Origin: the human T2T-CHM13v2.0 reference genome, Homo sapiens
Assembly: GCF_009914755.1 (NCBI RefSeq)
Contig: NC_060931.1
Reading direction: 5' to 3' (one strand)
Length of the DNA: 64,000 nucleotides
Position numbers and translations under genes: made by a program. The notes beneath the pieces are model-generated. The model saw nothing but the letters and a program-made list of their open reading frames with translations. It was not told the DNA's origin and did not search any database. Positions 1-13,930 of this stretch are shown here, one piece after another. The number at the start of each line of letters is the position of its first letter. The first letter of the stretch is position 1.

Positions 1-1284
1 CCCAGGCAATGCCAGAGAAGCCTAATCATGCCATCTGAGTCACAGGTGTCCCATGCACTTTTGCACATAGTCAGACATCTCCACCGGTATGGTCACAGAG
101 TTGCTCCCTTCTGGAAAATCATAAAAGAATTAGTTATTGAGATAATATAGCTGAATAGGTAGCCATACAGAGTAATGCATAGAATCAGACATGCCAGAGT
201 TGGAACTCCTCCCTGTCACTTAATATTTTCTGAGGCCCAGTTCCCACCTTTGTAACTAGGAGCAATAATTGTTTAGTACAATGTCAGGCACCTGGTTAAC
301 TTTTAATAAATTGCAATTATTATTATAGTCCCACCCTGCTTGAATTCTAGATTTCTGTAAGTGACTGACTTGTAGACCCTGCACATTCCACAAATGGTTA
401 GACACACACATATCTAACAAAAATATGTGAGCATATGAATAGATATTCAGTGATATTCCAGTTGCAGCCCACTGAAGGAAATCTGCCCATTTGTAGACAT
501 GGGCCGCATCTAAATAAATTAATATGGGCCCTCTTTCAATGTGTAGATATTTGATTTAGTTTCCAATGATTCTTAAATATTTTTTTTTCTGCGTTGGAGC
601 AAGGTTGACTCATTGAACATATGCTGTGTCTGTATCTTATTTTGATATTATGTGGTGCTTGAATTTGAGCTCTTCAGGGATGGCAAAAGTGGGGTGTGTT
701 ATTTTTTACACCTACGGCAGACAATAATAACCAACCAAAATATTCTCTCCTTTTGAGCCCAGACTCAGCCGCAGAGTTCTTCTCAGTACAGTGTAAGGAC
801 TGTTACTTCCAATTGCTTAGAGTTGATAGGCAAGGTGAAATACATTTGTCATCCTTGGATTTCATTCTCAATCCTCTCACAGGCTCTTGGTCTCGAATTG
901 TATAAATAAAAAGCTGGATGGAGTTAGAAGGCAGGGCTGCCGGCACAGGATTTCACTTTTGGTTTTCTTTGGTCAGGAGAAGCATAGAATTTTGCCATTT
1001 ATTCAACAAATATTTATTGAGCTGGACTCTGTACCTGCTGTGGATTCAAAGGTGAATAATGGCAAAGTCTTGGCCTTCATTGGGAAACTGATGAGTCTGC
1101 ACATTCAGATACCTGGGGTGCTTTCAAAAATACCACTCCAATTTCCCACGTCCCCTTTTAAAAGCTTTAATAGGCGAATTAGGTTAAGTACCTCACTTAT
1201 ACTATGTTGTAAATGCCTGTCTGCCAGTCTCTACCACCAGGCTGTAACCTCCTTAAAAGAAGGAACTGTAATCTCTTCAGTTTT

Positions 1285-2545
1285 TTAAAAGATTAAGGTA
1301 AAATTTACCAATAGTGAAATACACAACTTTAAAATGGATAATTGTATGAATGATTACAAGTGTATATACCCTTATAATCAACACTTTAGTCAAGGTAAAC
1401 AATACATTTATTACCCCAGAATATCTTCATGTATTCTTTTGTCTCTTTCTAGTAAATTCCTATCTCCCACAGGCAACCACTGTACTGTTTCTATCACCAT
1501 GGGTTAGGTTTACTTGGTTTTGAACTTCACAAAAACAGAATTATACAGCATATATTCTTATGTGTTTGGCTTCATTCTCGTAACATAATATTTTGGAGAT
1601 TCATCCATATTTTGCATATATTAGTAGTTTATACTTCTTTATTGCTTAATCGTGTTCCATCCTGTGAATATACCAAAATAAATATTTATGCATTCTCCTA
1701 GCGATGAAGATTTGGGTTATTTCCAGCTTAGGGTAATAATAGATGTGAGGGTTAGTTTTGTGTGTTAACTTGGCTAGGCTATGTGTATCCAGATATTTGG
1801 TTAAACATCAGTTTAGATGTTGCTGTGGAAATATTTTTTAGAAGTAATAAACATTTAAGTTAATAGGTTTTGAGTAAAGCAGATCACTCTCCATAATATG
1901 GGGTTTGTTCTCATCCCATCGGTTGAATGCCTTACAAGAAAAAGACTGAGGTCCCCTGAGAAAGTGGGAATTCTGCCTCCAGATTGTCTTCAGATTCATG
2001 ACTGAAACATTAACTCTTCCCTGGGTCTCCAGCCTGCTGGCTTCCCCTGCAGATTTCAAACTTGTTAGTCCCTATAATCATCTGAGCCAATCTCTTAACA
2101 TATTTTTTATCTCTCTTTCTATGTATATATAACCTACGGGTTCTGTTTCTTTGGAGAGTCTTGACTAATACAATGGATGAATATGCTGTAAACACTCTTG
2201 TTCAAATCTTTTTTGTGGGCATGTTTCCATTTCCCTTGGGCAAATATCTAGAAGTGAAATTCAAGGTCAGCCACTTTAATTTTACAAGAAAGTACCAAAC
2301 TGTTTTCCAAAGTGATGTACATGTTTGCATTTCTACCAGCAATATGAGAGTTCCGGTTGCTGTCATTCTTGTCAATAGTTGGTGATGTAAGTCTTTTTAA
2401 TTTTAGCCATTCTGATAGGTAAATAGTGATAAGTCTCTGTACTTTTCATTTGTATTTCTCTGAGGGCTAATGATGTTAAACAGCTTTTCACTTGCTTATT
2501 TGCTATTTGTGTATCTTCTTTGGTGAACTGTCTGTTGGAATAGTT
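1285..2545 (-). mobile_element. Old L1M 3' fragment interrupted by an MLT2 LTR
   Basis: Diverged L1 3' motifs on both sides of the LTR; ORF 2372..2581 resembles the ORF2 C-terminus (RQFTKEDTQIANK...IRMAKIKK). Confidence 0.7.
1744..2172 (+). mobile_element. MLT2-type (ERVL) solo LTR
   Basis: TG...CTAATACA ends, typical MLT2 internal motifs, 5-bp TSD ATAGA/ATGGA. Confidence 0.75.
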
Positions 2546-3303
2546 TGTCATTTGTTCCCTTTGTATCTCAACTCCTAGCATTTAATAGTCACTCAGTGTA
2601 TACTGTTTTAAGAATGAATGAATGTTATATTGTCCATCAGTGATTATTCCAAAATGATTACTAAACTTTTGTGTTATTATTTGTAATGCTTATAAAGTAC
2701 TCAGCAATGGTACCTAACACATAGTCAACACCCCACAGTTGGTAGCTATTAGTGCCATCCCTATTTTGACTATGAGGAAATGAGGACTAGAAAAGTTATG
2801 TTAATCAAGGTCTAGTTACTAATTATCAAAATTGCTGCTGAAATCTGGACTTCTCAAATCTGTATTTCATGTTTTGAGTTTTTTGTTACCAGTAGCTTGA
2901 CTAAGTATTAGATTAAGCATTAACTGTGTTGCTTCATTCATTTTTTAACTCTTATTTATAGCAAACCTGACATGGAAAATATAATGATGCTAATTCCTTT
3001 ACATGCTTTAATTTATTTAATTCTTACTATAACCCTATGAGGAAAATACTATTATTTTTATTTTATGGACGATTAAACTGTAGTATAGACAGATTATGCA
3101 ATTGCCTAGGATCTCACAGGTAATTAAAGGTAGAGGCAGGATTCAAACTCAATCACTTGCATACCAATGCCTGTGTGTTTTGCTTTGTTTTAAAACCATT
3201 ATGCTATCCTGTTTCTTATGACAAAATTAATTTTGGACATGTTGATTTTGAGGGGCTTATGGGATAGCAGGATGGGGATGTCCAGTAAATCCCTGACACT
3301 TAG

Positions 3304-3752
<449 letters not shown>

Positions 3753-5055
3753 GAGACTCCATTTTTAAAATGGATTTACGTTGTTCACAAGAACAGGTCT
3801 GTAATGATGAAATCTTACAGTCTGTTTTTAAGATACTCTAAAATATTTTGGTTGCTGTTTGTTATTAGACTCTGACAGGTGGACCTAGGTTGCCTGCCCA
3901 GAGGGTCTAGGAGCTCACAATTTCTCTAAAGACCCCTTTTCTGTTTACTGGAAACCCTAGGAGCTTCCTTAGGGGCTTGTCAGGCCAAGCTGACTAATCC
4001 TTCCTTCTGCTCAAATTTCACTCTTCTGAAAAGGGAGTTTGACGAGCAGGGAGTGAGTCACTAGCTCCAAGATGGCAGCAAGGAGCACTGGTGTTAATCT
4101 GTGTTATCTTAGTTCCCACAGGGTGAGTAATCATGCCTGGCCAAATCTCACTGGGCAAAACAGGTGCAAGTTTCCAAAGGAAGGCTTTGTGACCATAATA
4201 GGAGGTTAGCTGAAATCCAACCTGTATTTACTCCTTGCAACAGAATACTTTATGAACCATGGTTTACAGGAACATCCAGGTTCCCTAAAAATTTATCTCT
4301 TCCATGATGATGGAAACACAGCAACGTACACAGACTGGACCTGGGGACTATCTTAGCTTCTGAAGACTTGCACAGCAGGTCTAAAAGTCCAAGGCTGCCT
4401 CCTGACACTCCAGAGAGGAACTATGTGACACAGAGAGACTAAGCCAGGCCCTGCCCACAGGGTTGCACACACAAACATGTTTTCCAAGCCCTTTATACAC
4501 TCAGCAGGGAACACGCCGTTCTCTCTGGGAGGTTGCCAGAAACTTATAAGAGAGTCTGATCAGTGCCAAGAATAGACAAGCAAGGCTTCTCTCCTGTCTC
4601 GGAAGGGGACACTGTGTGGTGCTGAGTTATTACCGCCCCTCTGTGCTCCTCTAGCCTTCAAAAGCAAACCTGAAACTGTTTCCCTGCACTTCTTAATCTC
4701 TTGATCAGTCGAAAAATTATTGCTGGAGCTCGCTATACCTCTTTGGGCACCTGTAATCTTGTTGTCCAAACCCAAATGCAAATATGTTCCCTCTGCTTGC
4801 ATTTGTTTTGCATCTCAGAGACTCAGGCCGTGGATCTTTGAGGTAGAACCCAAGGAAAATAGTCAACAACTTTGTCCATTTGCCCAGGAAGAGTCTGAGT
4901 TGTTGCTGTTCCTCATTAGTCCTCTGCTTTAGCTTCAGCAAGGACGGCAAAGGTTACTTGAAATTCAGCCAGTGCAGGCAATGTTGAGAAAAAACTTGAC
5001 TCTTCTCTTCCATGTACAGGATGTCTTTCCAACCCCTTCCCCAAAGTTTTCTTAA

Positions 5056-5436
<381 letters not shown>

Positions 5437-5919
5437 AGTTTTTAAATAAAGCACTTTAAATGAGTTATTCACATATCCCTTGTATTTATATAGGGTACAG
5501 CTTTTTGTTTTAAAGCTGTTTGAATAGTTCTCCAAGTTTCTGAGACTCAACTGCTTTTTTGGCTTATGAAATTGCCATTAATCAAGATGCATTCATAAGG
5601 TATCAATTCCCTGAAATGTAGGTATTTAGTCCATTCTATCTATCCATGCATCTATCCATCTGTCCAATACTTTTTGTTTAAAGTCCCTAGAATAACCAAC
5701 CAGCCTTTATATGACTGAATTTGAGAACCTACGGCAATTAACATGATAAATGTCACACAGATCCTTATTGTTTATTAAGCAACTGAAAATAGAAAAGCTC
5801 AGGGGAAAATAATACTTGTGAATGTCAGGGATTTTGCCATGGAGAGATTTCACCAACCATATGCAACCACAAAATATAGAATGTAAAACCCAGGCACAAT
5901 AAGCTCATTCTAGGCTTAG

Positions 5920-7185
5920 TGTGTCCAGAATTGGTGGGTTCTTGGTCTCACTGACTTCAACAATGAAGCCGCGGACCCTCGCGGTGAGTGTTAACAGTTC
6001 TTAAAGGCGGCGTGTCCGGAGTTTGTTCGCTCTGATGTCCGGATGTGTTCGGAGTTTCTTCCTTCTGGTGGGTTCGTGGTCTCACTGGCTCAGGAGTGAA
6101 GCTGTGGACCTTCGTGGTGAGTGTTACAGCTCTTAAGGTGGCTCGTCTGGAGTTTCTTCCTCCCGGTGGGCTCGTGGTTTCGTTGGCTTCAGGAGTGAAG
6201 CTGCAGACCTTCGCGGTGAGTGTTACAGCTCATAAACGCAGTGTGGACCCAAAGAGTGAGCAGCAGCAAGATTTATTGCAAGGAGCAAAAGAACAAAGCT
6301 TCCACAGTCTGGAAGGGGATGACCGGGTTGCCACTGCTTGCTCGCGCAGCCTGCTTTTATTCTCTTATCTGGCCCCACCCCATCCTGCTGATTGGTAGAG
6401 CCAAGTGGTCTGTTTTGACAGGGCGCTGATTGGTGCGTTTACAATCCCTGAGCTAGACACAACGGTTCTCCACGTCCCCACTAGATTAGCTAGATAAACA
6501 GTGTCCACACAAAGGTTCTGCAAGTCCCCACCAGAGTCAGGTACCCAGCTGGCTTCACCCAGTGGATCCCACACCGGGGCTGCAGGTGGAGCTGCCTGCC
6601 AGTCCTGCATCGTGTGCCCGCTCTCCTCAGCCCTTGGGTGGTCGATGGGACTGGGCGCGGTGGAGCAGGGGACGGCGCTTGTCGGGGAGGCTCCTGCCAC
6701 ACAGGAGCCCATGGAAGGGAGAGGCTCAGGCATGGCGGGCTGCCGGTCCTGAGCCCTGCCCCGCCGGGAGGCAGCTAAGGCCCAGCGAGAAATCCAGCAC
6801 AGTGCTGGTGGGCCGGCACTGCTGGGGGACCCAGTACACCCTCCGCAGCCGCTGGCCTGGGTGCTAAGCCCCTCATTGTCCCGGGGGGCAGGGTTGGCCG
6901 GCCGGCCGCTCCGAGTGTGGGGCCCGCCAAGCCCACACCCACCCGGAACTCCAGCTGGCCCGCAAATGCAGCGCGCAGCCCCGGTTCCCGCTCCCGCCTC
7001 TCCCTCCACACCTCCCTGCAAGCTGAGGGAGCCCGCTCCCGCCTTGGCCAGCCCAGAAAAGGGCTCCCACAGTGCAGCGGTGGGCTGAAGGGCTCCTCAA
7101 GTGCTGCCAAAGTGGGAGCCCAGGCAGAGGAGGCCCCGAGAGTGAGCGAGGGCTGTGAGGGCTGCCAGCACGCTGTCACCTTTCA
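5920..7185 (-). mobile_element. LTR12 (ERV9/HERV9) solo LTR
   Basis: TG...CA ends, LTR12 GC-rich U3 and U5 repeats, perfect 4-bp TSD TTAG (5916-5919, 7186-7189). Confidence 0.93.
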
Positions 7186-9199
7186 TTAGGACCTGCTAAT
7201 TGGTTTCACATGTGTGTGGAACCATCCCAGGACTGGATTCCAATATGAGGAGAGAAATGGGTTATTTCACTGAAAGGTATGACTGAGTTAGACTGAAGAA
7301 ACTCTTATATGACACTGTACTATGGCTTTAATGAGCATTAGTGTTAGGATGACATTTTGTTTAGAGAGATATTGATGGTAAAAAAGAAAAGGATTTGAAC
7401 TCCAGTTCACCATTTCCTAAGCATGACCTTGAGCTATTCATTCACTCTATGTAGTCATTTAATAAATATTTATTGAGCCCTATATAGGCCAAGCACTCTG
7501 TGAGGTGATGGAAATTCTCCTGCCCTCAAAAAGTAACAGTAATTATTATTTGCAATCTACCTCCCTAAGGCATAACAATGCCTATCTTTCAGAGTTATGT
7601 GTAATAGGATTTGTAAGTGGATTTTTTTTTGTCTCATAATTGTCTACTTGGCTCCAAAGTTAGAGACAAATAGGTGAAAATTAGGAGACAAATAGATGAT
7701 TGGTAAACACCAGTCATTAAGAGGCAAATTCATTCTGCTACTCCGCTTACCACTGTACTCACTAATCTTGAGGGGACTACTGAATTGTAAATCTTCAGCC
7801 TCAGAAAGGGTTCTGTGTCTTTTCCTTTTACTCTTTCTCAGTGCCCCTTATGCATAATCCAATGGAGTATTCCAAGGAAAATATTTTTAATGACTGGGGG
7901 TTGCCTGCAATAAGTTGAGCCTGAAATCTCATTTTTCAGTTGGATACCTACTCATGTCATGGATCTGTAGTATTCTTTTTGCTTACTCCAGCAGTAGGAA
8001 ATAATATAGGGACAGAACTCAAGAGAGAGAAAATGAGCAATAGGGCAATGAGGCACACTCCCATTGTCTGGTAGAAAAAAGATGCATGAGTCTTCCATAT
8101 GTCAAGTAGATACTACAAAGGTACCAGGCTTGAACTATTGTGAAGCAAGTTCATCCTAGACTGTGACTTACTAAGAGAAGAGACCCCAGCAGCAAAAGCC
8201 TGTAAGGTGAGTTATGCAGGAAATAAGGAGACTGGAAGAGGTCTACAGGAGTCGATTTCCTATGAAAGGAGGTTGTGCAATGAAGAGACTGCCTGCTACA
8301 TGGAGGACAGAGGTCACAACAACAACTGGTAAGCAAAACATTTCTGCTGACTTTTGAGAATTCTCTCTTCTTCCTCAACATAGAAAGGGCTCAGAAAATG
8401 CAAAAGGGAGGGGAAAGAGTTACGAGTAGCCTCCTCTCACTGCCACTGTGTCCTGGGGAGGAGATGGACATTTGAATTGGACAAGAAACTGAAGTGGATG
8501 GCACTGGATTGCCTCTTTTCCACTCTTTTCCAGCCTAAAAAGTTCACAAAATTGGCATTTGCTGGAGAAGCCATGAAGTCTTGGGAAAGGGAGATTCGAC
8601 AGAGCATGTTACAGCCACAATAGGAGAAAAAAACCTTCTCAGGTTTGAACCCTGCTGAGTTCACAGTTTTCAATAAATTGCTGACAAATGCAAGGTGTTC
8701 AGACAAGTAGGTAGTGCTCCACAAATAGTAGATATTATTCTAGTCACCTAGAGAGAATAAATGTTCAGAAAATGTCTACGTATGTTTTGCTATCAAAGAG
8801 CGAATAAGATATTCAATTTGTATTTTTGCTTTAGATAAAGCATAATGCCCTTATTATGCCTTCAAGTCTTCATTTCCCCCACGAAGGGACGTTTTTCTGT
8901 GTTATTTGACCATATGCCTTTTGCTACGCTGGGCATTTGCCTTCTTTGACCTTTTCTGGACATTCCCACTTTACCCGCCAGGGATTGAGGAGATTACAAA
9001 GGTCATCTAATCATCTAGTCTCGTTTCCAATTTGGTTAAGATAAAATATTATTTAATTACTAGAAAAATACTTTGTTATTAAAATCAAAGTGTCTTGTGC
9101 TGGTTTGCAAACAAAGTAATTTCTACACGCTTATAACACAAAGAGGAGACCAGATGTGGTGAAGTAGAAGAGAGAGGACACTGGCTTTGGAGCCAGGGG

Positions 9200-9390
9200 A
9201 CCCAGAGCGGCTCCCAGTAATGTGATATTTTATGTGTTTTCCAACCCCATGCAGCATCCATTGCCTCACCTGTAAAATAGGGGTTTTGACAAGGACCACA
9301 TCGAGTTATTGTGAAGAGTAAATAGATGATTATAGAAAACATGTCACACAGTGCTAGGCACATAGATGAAGCTTAAGGAATAGCTGTTGT
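9200..9390 (+). mobile_element. MIR fragment
   Basis: CCTCACCTGTAAAATAGGG...CACAGTGCTAGGCACATAG core. Confidence 0.55.
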
Positions 9391-12300
9391 CCCGTTTCCA
9401 AGGTTGCAGAGTCAGAAGACACCCCTAAGAAGACATAAAGTACTGTTGTTCAGAAGGAAGGCATTGGGAAAGTCAAAAGGACACCAGAAATAGTGAACTC
9501 AACATTGATTTGCACATTTGACCAAGGTTGGTGGTCATTTACGCAGCAGTATTGAGATGATCCATAGAAAGTCATGATAACACTATTGGAGCAAAGTCAC
9601 AATATTTGTATTTTCATATGTATCTCATGATGTATATAAGTACTCATTTTAACACCCATTGTTTAAAAACTGTTCAGAATTCAGAAAAATTAAAAAATCA
9701 TTTAAACTAAATATTACATTATTGACTATAACTTAAATTTCAAAATGTAAACATTAACCATCTATTATAATTTGAATTAGCAGGATAAAAAGCAATACAA
9801 AAGTATATAAAATAAAGTAAACATTGCACAAAATGAAGAAAATGAATCCTGAAAATTGAAAATGAATTAAATTGGATTTTCTGGCAAATATGATCTTAAG
9901 AACAACGTGTATCAATGGTGTTATCTTCGATGGTGAGCCTCATTTTGGGGCATATTCTTCTAGCCACTGGAAACACTTTCCATAATTTAAAATAGACAGA
10001 AAAATAGTGACGAGACAAAAAGCAACTAAGTCCAAATATCTTCCTCTGGAACTTTTATTTACAAATGATTCCATCTTTTTGTGAGAGTATAAAGATGATC
10101 TTTTAGAAATTTTTATTTTTATTGTATTAAAGACTACGATGTCTTTATTGACAGCTGTAGTTTTTGTTATTAAGGCCCAGAAGTCAGCTTACTGGATGCC
10201 TGGTTCTTAGCTTTTGCTGTGAAATAGCCTTTTTTGAAACAAAACAAATCCATCAGACAGGCAAGAGCTTCTACCACCAAACACTGACTGTTTTAGCTAT
10301 CAATCTTACCCCATTGGAGGCAGCCTTATATTGAGAGTAAGACGGACTCCTTTTTCCTTATAATTGTCTTTTAAGGAGGTCCTATTTCATTAAATATTCA
10401 GGGAAAATTGTTTTTTGTTTGTTTGTTTGTTTGTTTTTTAAAAACCTTCTTTCAGGAAGTAGAACTAGGGTGAATTTAATCTGGGAAAATTTGGGCTACT
10501 GTCCCAGTCATCTTTGCTTTCTAGCTCAGAGGCCTTGAGAGATCGTAAGGTCTCTCTTTTAATGCTGGGTTTAACTCTCTGGTAATTCTCAAAGTATAAA
10601 TAATTCATGTCTCAGGTTTTAAAAATGTTAAAATAATGATATCACACTAACAAAATATTGGCGTTTGGGTACATAAGAGTCTGTAGTATGATCTACTAGA
10701 GTTCTAGAATGTTGAACATTGATGGTGCAATTATTAATTAAAATTATCTTGCTCAGAAGGTTTTCCTCCATTAAACTACACTTTTTAGAGTAAGCTCACT
10801 TTGGTTTAAGGCACCTGTTCATAGGATGTCCTTAAATATATGAATATTGCCCTGGGAGTTACCCTTTTAGTCATTAATAACTGGGCATAAATCACTTATC
10901 TGCCAGGTAATCAAGAACAGGACCCAGAACAAGTGTTTTTCTTTCTTTCTTTCTTTCTTTTTTTCTTAGGCTGGAGCAGTGGAAAGAGAACTATGCACAA
11001 GGATGAGGAGAATAATTGTGATTGTGGGACAGGGCCCCAGGAGAGAGGTATAGCAGACTGGCCTTGGAAAGCCTGCAGCTGCATCAGGAAGGCAAAGCAT
11101 GCTTGGAAAAAATGCTGACTGAAGTAAGGCAGAACCTAGAGGGTGGGTGGATACTCCATAACTGTATTCAAATTGGGCACTCTCTTGTTGTAAAGCCTTT
11201 GCGTAAGTGCAACTGAGAAAATATATGGTAGAAAAAAAAGGCTATGTTCTGACCAGCTCGAGGATGGGGGAATATCATGCATAATATGTGCAAACTATGT
11301 GAAGAAAAGTACAAGTTAATATGATCACAAAAATATTCAGAAAAACACAGAGTGAAGGAGGTAAGACAAGAGGTAATGAAATAATTAGTGAAGTATGGGC
11401 TCCTGTGCAAGGGAATATCTTGAGACAGATTTTTGAAGAGAAGTTAGATGTGGGCTGATGAAGAGGAACTGTCACTCCACATTGAGGGAGTGGTCTCTGC
11501 AAAGGTGGTAGCTTAGCTTGGGTTCCTAAGAAAAGAGTCTGAGGTTAATCTTATGAGCACATGCTTTATTGTAGAGTACAAGTCCAGAGAAGCAAGTGTG
11601 ACAAAAAAGGAAGGATAGGAAACAAAAAGTCATGTTATTGAGCTCTGGTTATAGGAAATTTAAATGGTTACTCAGTTACACTGAACATCTCCAGAGAGAT
11701 TCATGAATTCACGGCACCTTAGAAAAATTCTTTGGTGGAAAGAAGGGCAAACAATCTATCTACTGGCTTCTTTCCATCTCCTGTTTCTCATGCTTACTTG
11801 ACCTAACAAAGTGTTAACTTGCACATCTTCCCTCCAGACAGCTGCTGGGTTAGTAACTAACTCCAACTTAGTTACTGGAGCTGCTGCTGTTTCTGCTGTG
11901 ATGAGAGGTATGGAGGCCATGTCAAAGCCTGGCTTTTTCTCCCCAGGATTTGCAGGGAAGGCTGCAAAAACCAGGGTGAGAGATGCTGAGTCTTCTGAGT
12001 TTTATGACCATTGGAATGGCATGAGTCAATCAACCATTGCTGAGCTCCTCTGATCAGGACTCTGGGCAAGCAACAGTCTGGGGCTGAGGGTAGATGAGGC
12101 CCAGGAGGATCTGAGGAAATGTCCAAGATAGGTCTGGAAGAGTGAGGAAAATGGATGATGAAAACTTAGCATGTCTAGAAGGAGTGAGGTCTCAACAAAT
12201 GTGTAACTTAGTGTATGTAGTATTGGAGTGACGTTCTAGGAATGGCCAAAAGCTAGGATTCCATAGGCTGATTTGAATGAATTTGAGATGTGTGCCCATT

Positions 12301-13769
12301 TTGTTGTGCTTATTATGGCTGATCCTGTAGTTTTAGCAATTCAGTGATCATCTCAACTTTCTTCCTAAACAGCTGAGCCTGGAAAGCTAAAACTAACACT
12401 TTTCAGACTTCAATGAAATTACTGTTCTGAATATGATTCAGGTTCTACCAAAGAGATGTATTCATGAGAACTGAATTTAGAACTGAAGGAAGTGGGGAGA
12501 GAAGCATGAGCTGTGATGGTAGTAGCTGCTGGGTAAGTGGCCAGCAGCCACTATGGTACTTCCTATCATGGCAGAGACAACTGGTCTCAGAGGTGCCCAG
12601 TTGTGTCTTGTGGCTTTGGACATTTCTCCTGGATGCTCAACCTAGAGACTGTTTATCTCTCAAGTGATTTGTAAACCTTTTAATGCTCTGTGAAAAAAAA
12701 ATTTAATCCCTTTTGCCTAAACCAGCTAGAGTGGATTCTATTCTGAGGAAATGACCATATTTTAAAGGTTTGCTGGAGAAGTCTGGATGGGGGGTGGAGA
12801 GAAAGAAATATAAAAATAGAGATAGAAATAGCTAAATGGAGGGTAGAGATATTAATTCCGGCTCTTAGATGGTGGGCAACTCACTACCCACAATTATTAA
12901 ATCTGATTTTTCCTCTCAGCACACATTCATATAGATACCATGTATGAAGAATACAGGAGAACCCTGAAGGTATCCAAATGAAATTGACTTCCCAGTCATC
13001 ATTAAACATTTAAAGAACTTCAACAAAACATGCTCCATGTTAAGGACTTTAGCACCTAAAAATAAGGAAAGATGCAGCTTTTGATTTTAAACATTTATTG
13101 TTTTCAAGGGAAAGCCTTCTGTATCCCTGCACACTTTAAGCAGGTAAATGTTAGATTGCTGCATCAGCTCCTGGACTCTGCATAACTTCTGATGTCCTTC
13201 TGGTAAACCTTGATCCCTTATTGCATCATGTGACCTCCTCTCCCCCAGCTCTAGCTCTGCCTAGCCGGTAAGTAAAAGGTTATTTTCAAGAAGCTGCAGT
13301 TAGATAAGTAAATAACAACTTGTACCTAATTTCATATTTTATCTGAAGGTGTGCGGAAGGTAATACACCCAGAAACATTAAATAACTGGTTTACATCTAA
13401 ACGGTTTTTGACTAAAACCTTAAAGCTAGACCTATCAAAGGGCTCAACAGAATAAAAAGTGTTTCCCTTTGAAGAATTCTGTGTCCTTAGAAGGCATTTA
13501 GGTTATGGTAGAAATGGGTTTTCTTTCAATAACTTTAAGAGGAAAAATTACTTAAGACTGGTAACTTAAGACTGACACTATGTGAAAGAAGCAAAGGTGA
13601 CATTTGAAGTAATCAATTATCAGAGGCTTTTTAATAACATTCCAGTGACCAGTCTTGATGTCTTGATATTTCTCACCAAAAGCAAGGATAGTTATTTGCG
13701 GAAATCTCAACCCAAAGTAAACTTATATTGGCTATGCTGAAATAATTTAAAAGATATGAACTGTTTTCT

Positions 13770-13930
13770 ACATCCGTACTATTTTAAGTGTCATCAGCAA
13801 CATTCATATTACCCAGGAAACTGTTAGAAATTCAGTCTTAGGCCCCACCCTAGACTTACTGAATCAATATCTGCATTTTGACATTGCCAGGTCATTTTTA
13901 AGCACATTAGAGTTTCTAATGTCCTGTTCT
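13770..13930. mobile_element. MER5A-like hAT MITE
   Basis: GTTAGAAAT...GGCCCCACCCTAGACTTACTGAATCA motif. Confidence 0.6.

Noticed and set aside
696-1288. ORFs of 69 and 133 aa as possible exons of a neighbouring gene
   Set aside because: No recognisable domain (no ankyrin or SOCS box), non-ATG starts, and no coherent splice structure.
6045-7189. Many overlapping GC-rich ORFs up to 218 aa (and similar ones at 59270-60647)
   Set aside because: All lie inside LTR12 solo LTRs; stop-poor GC-rich sequence with no protein homology I recognise.
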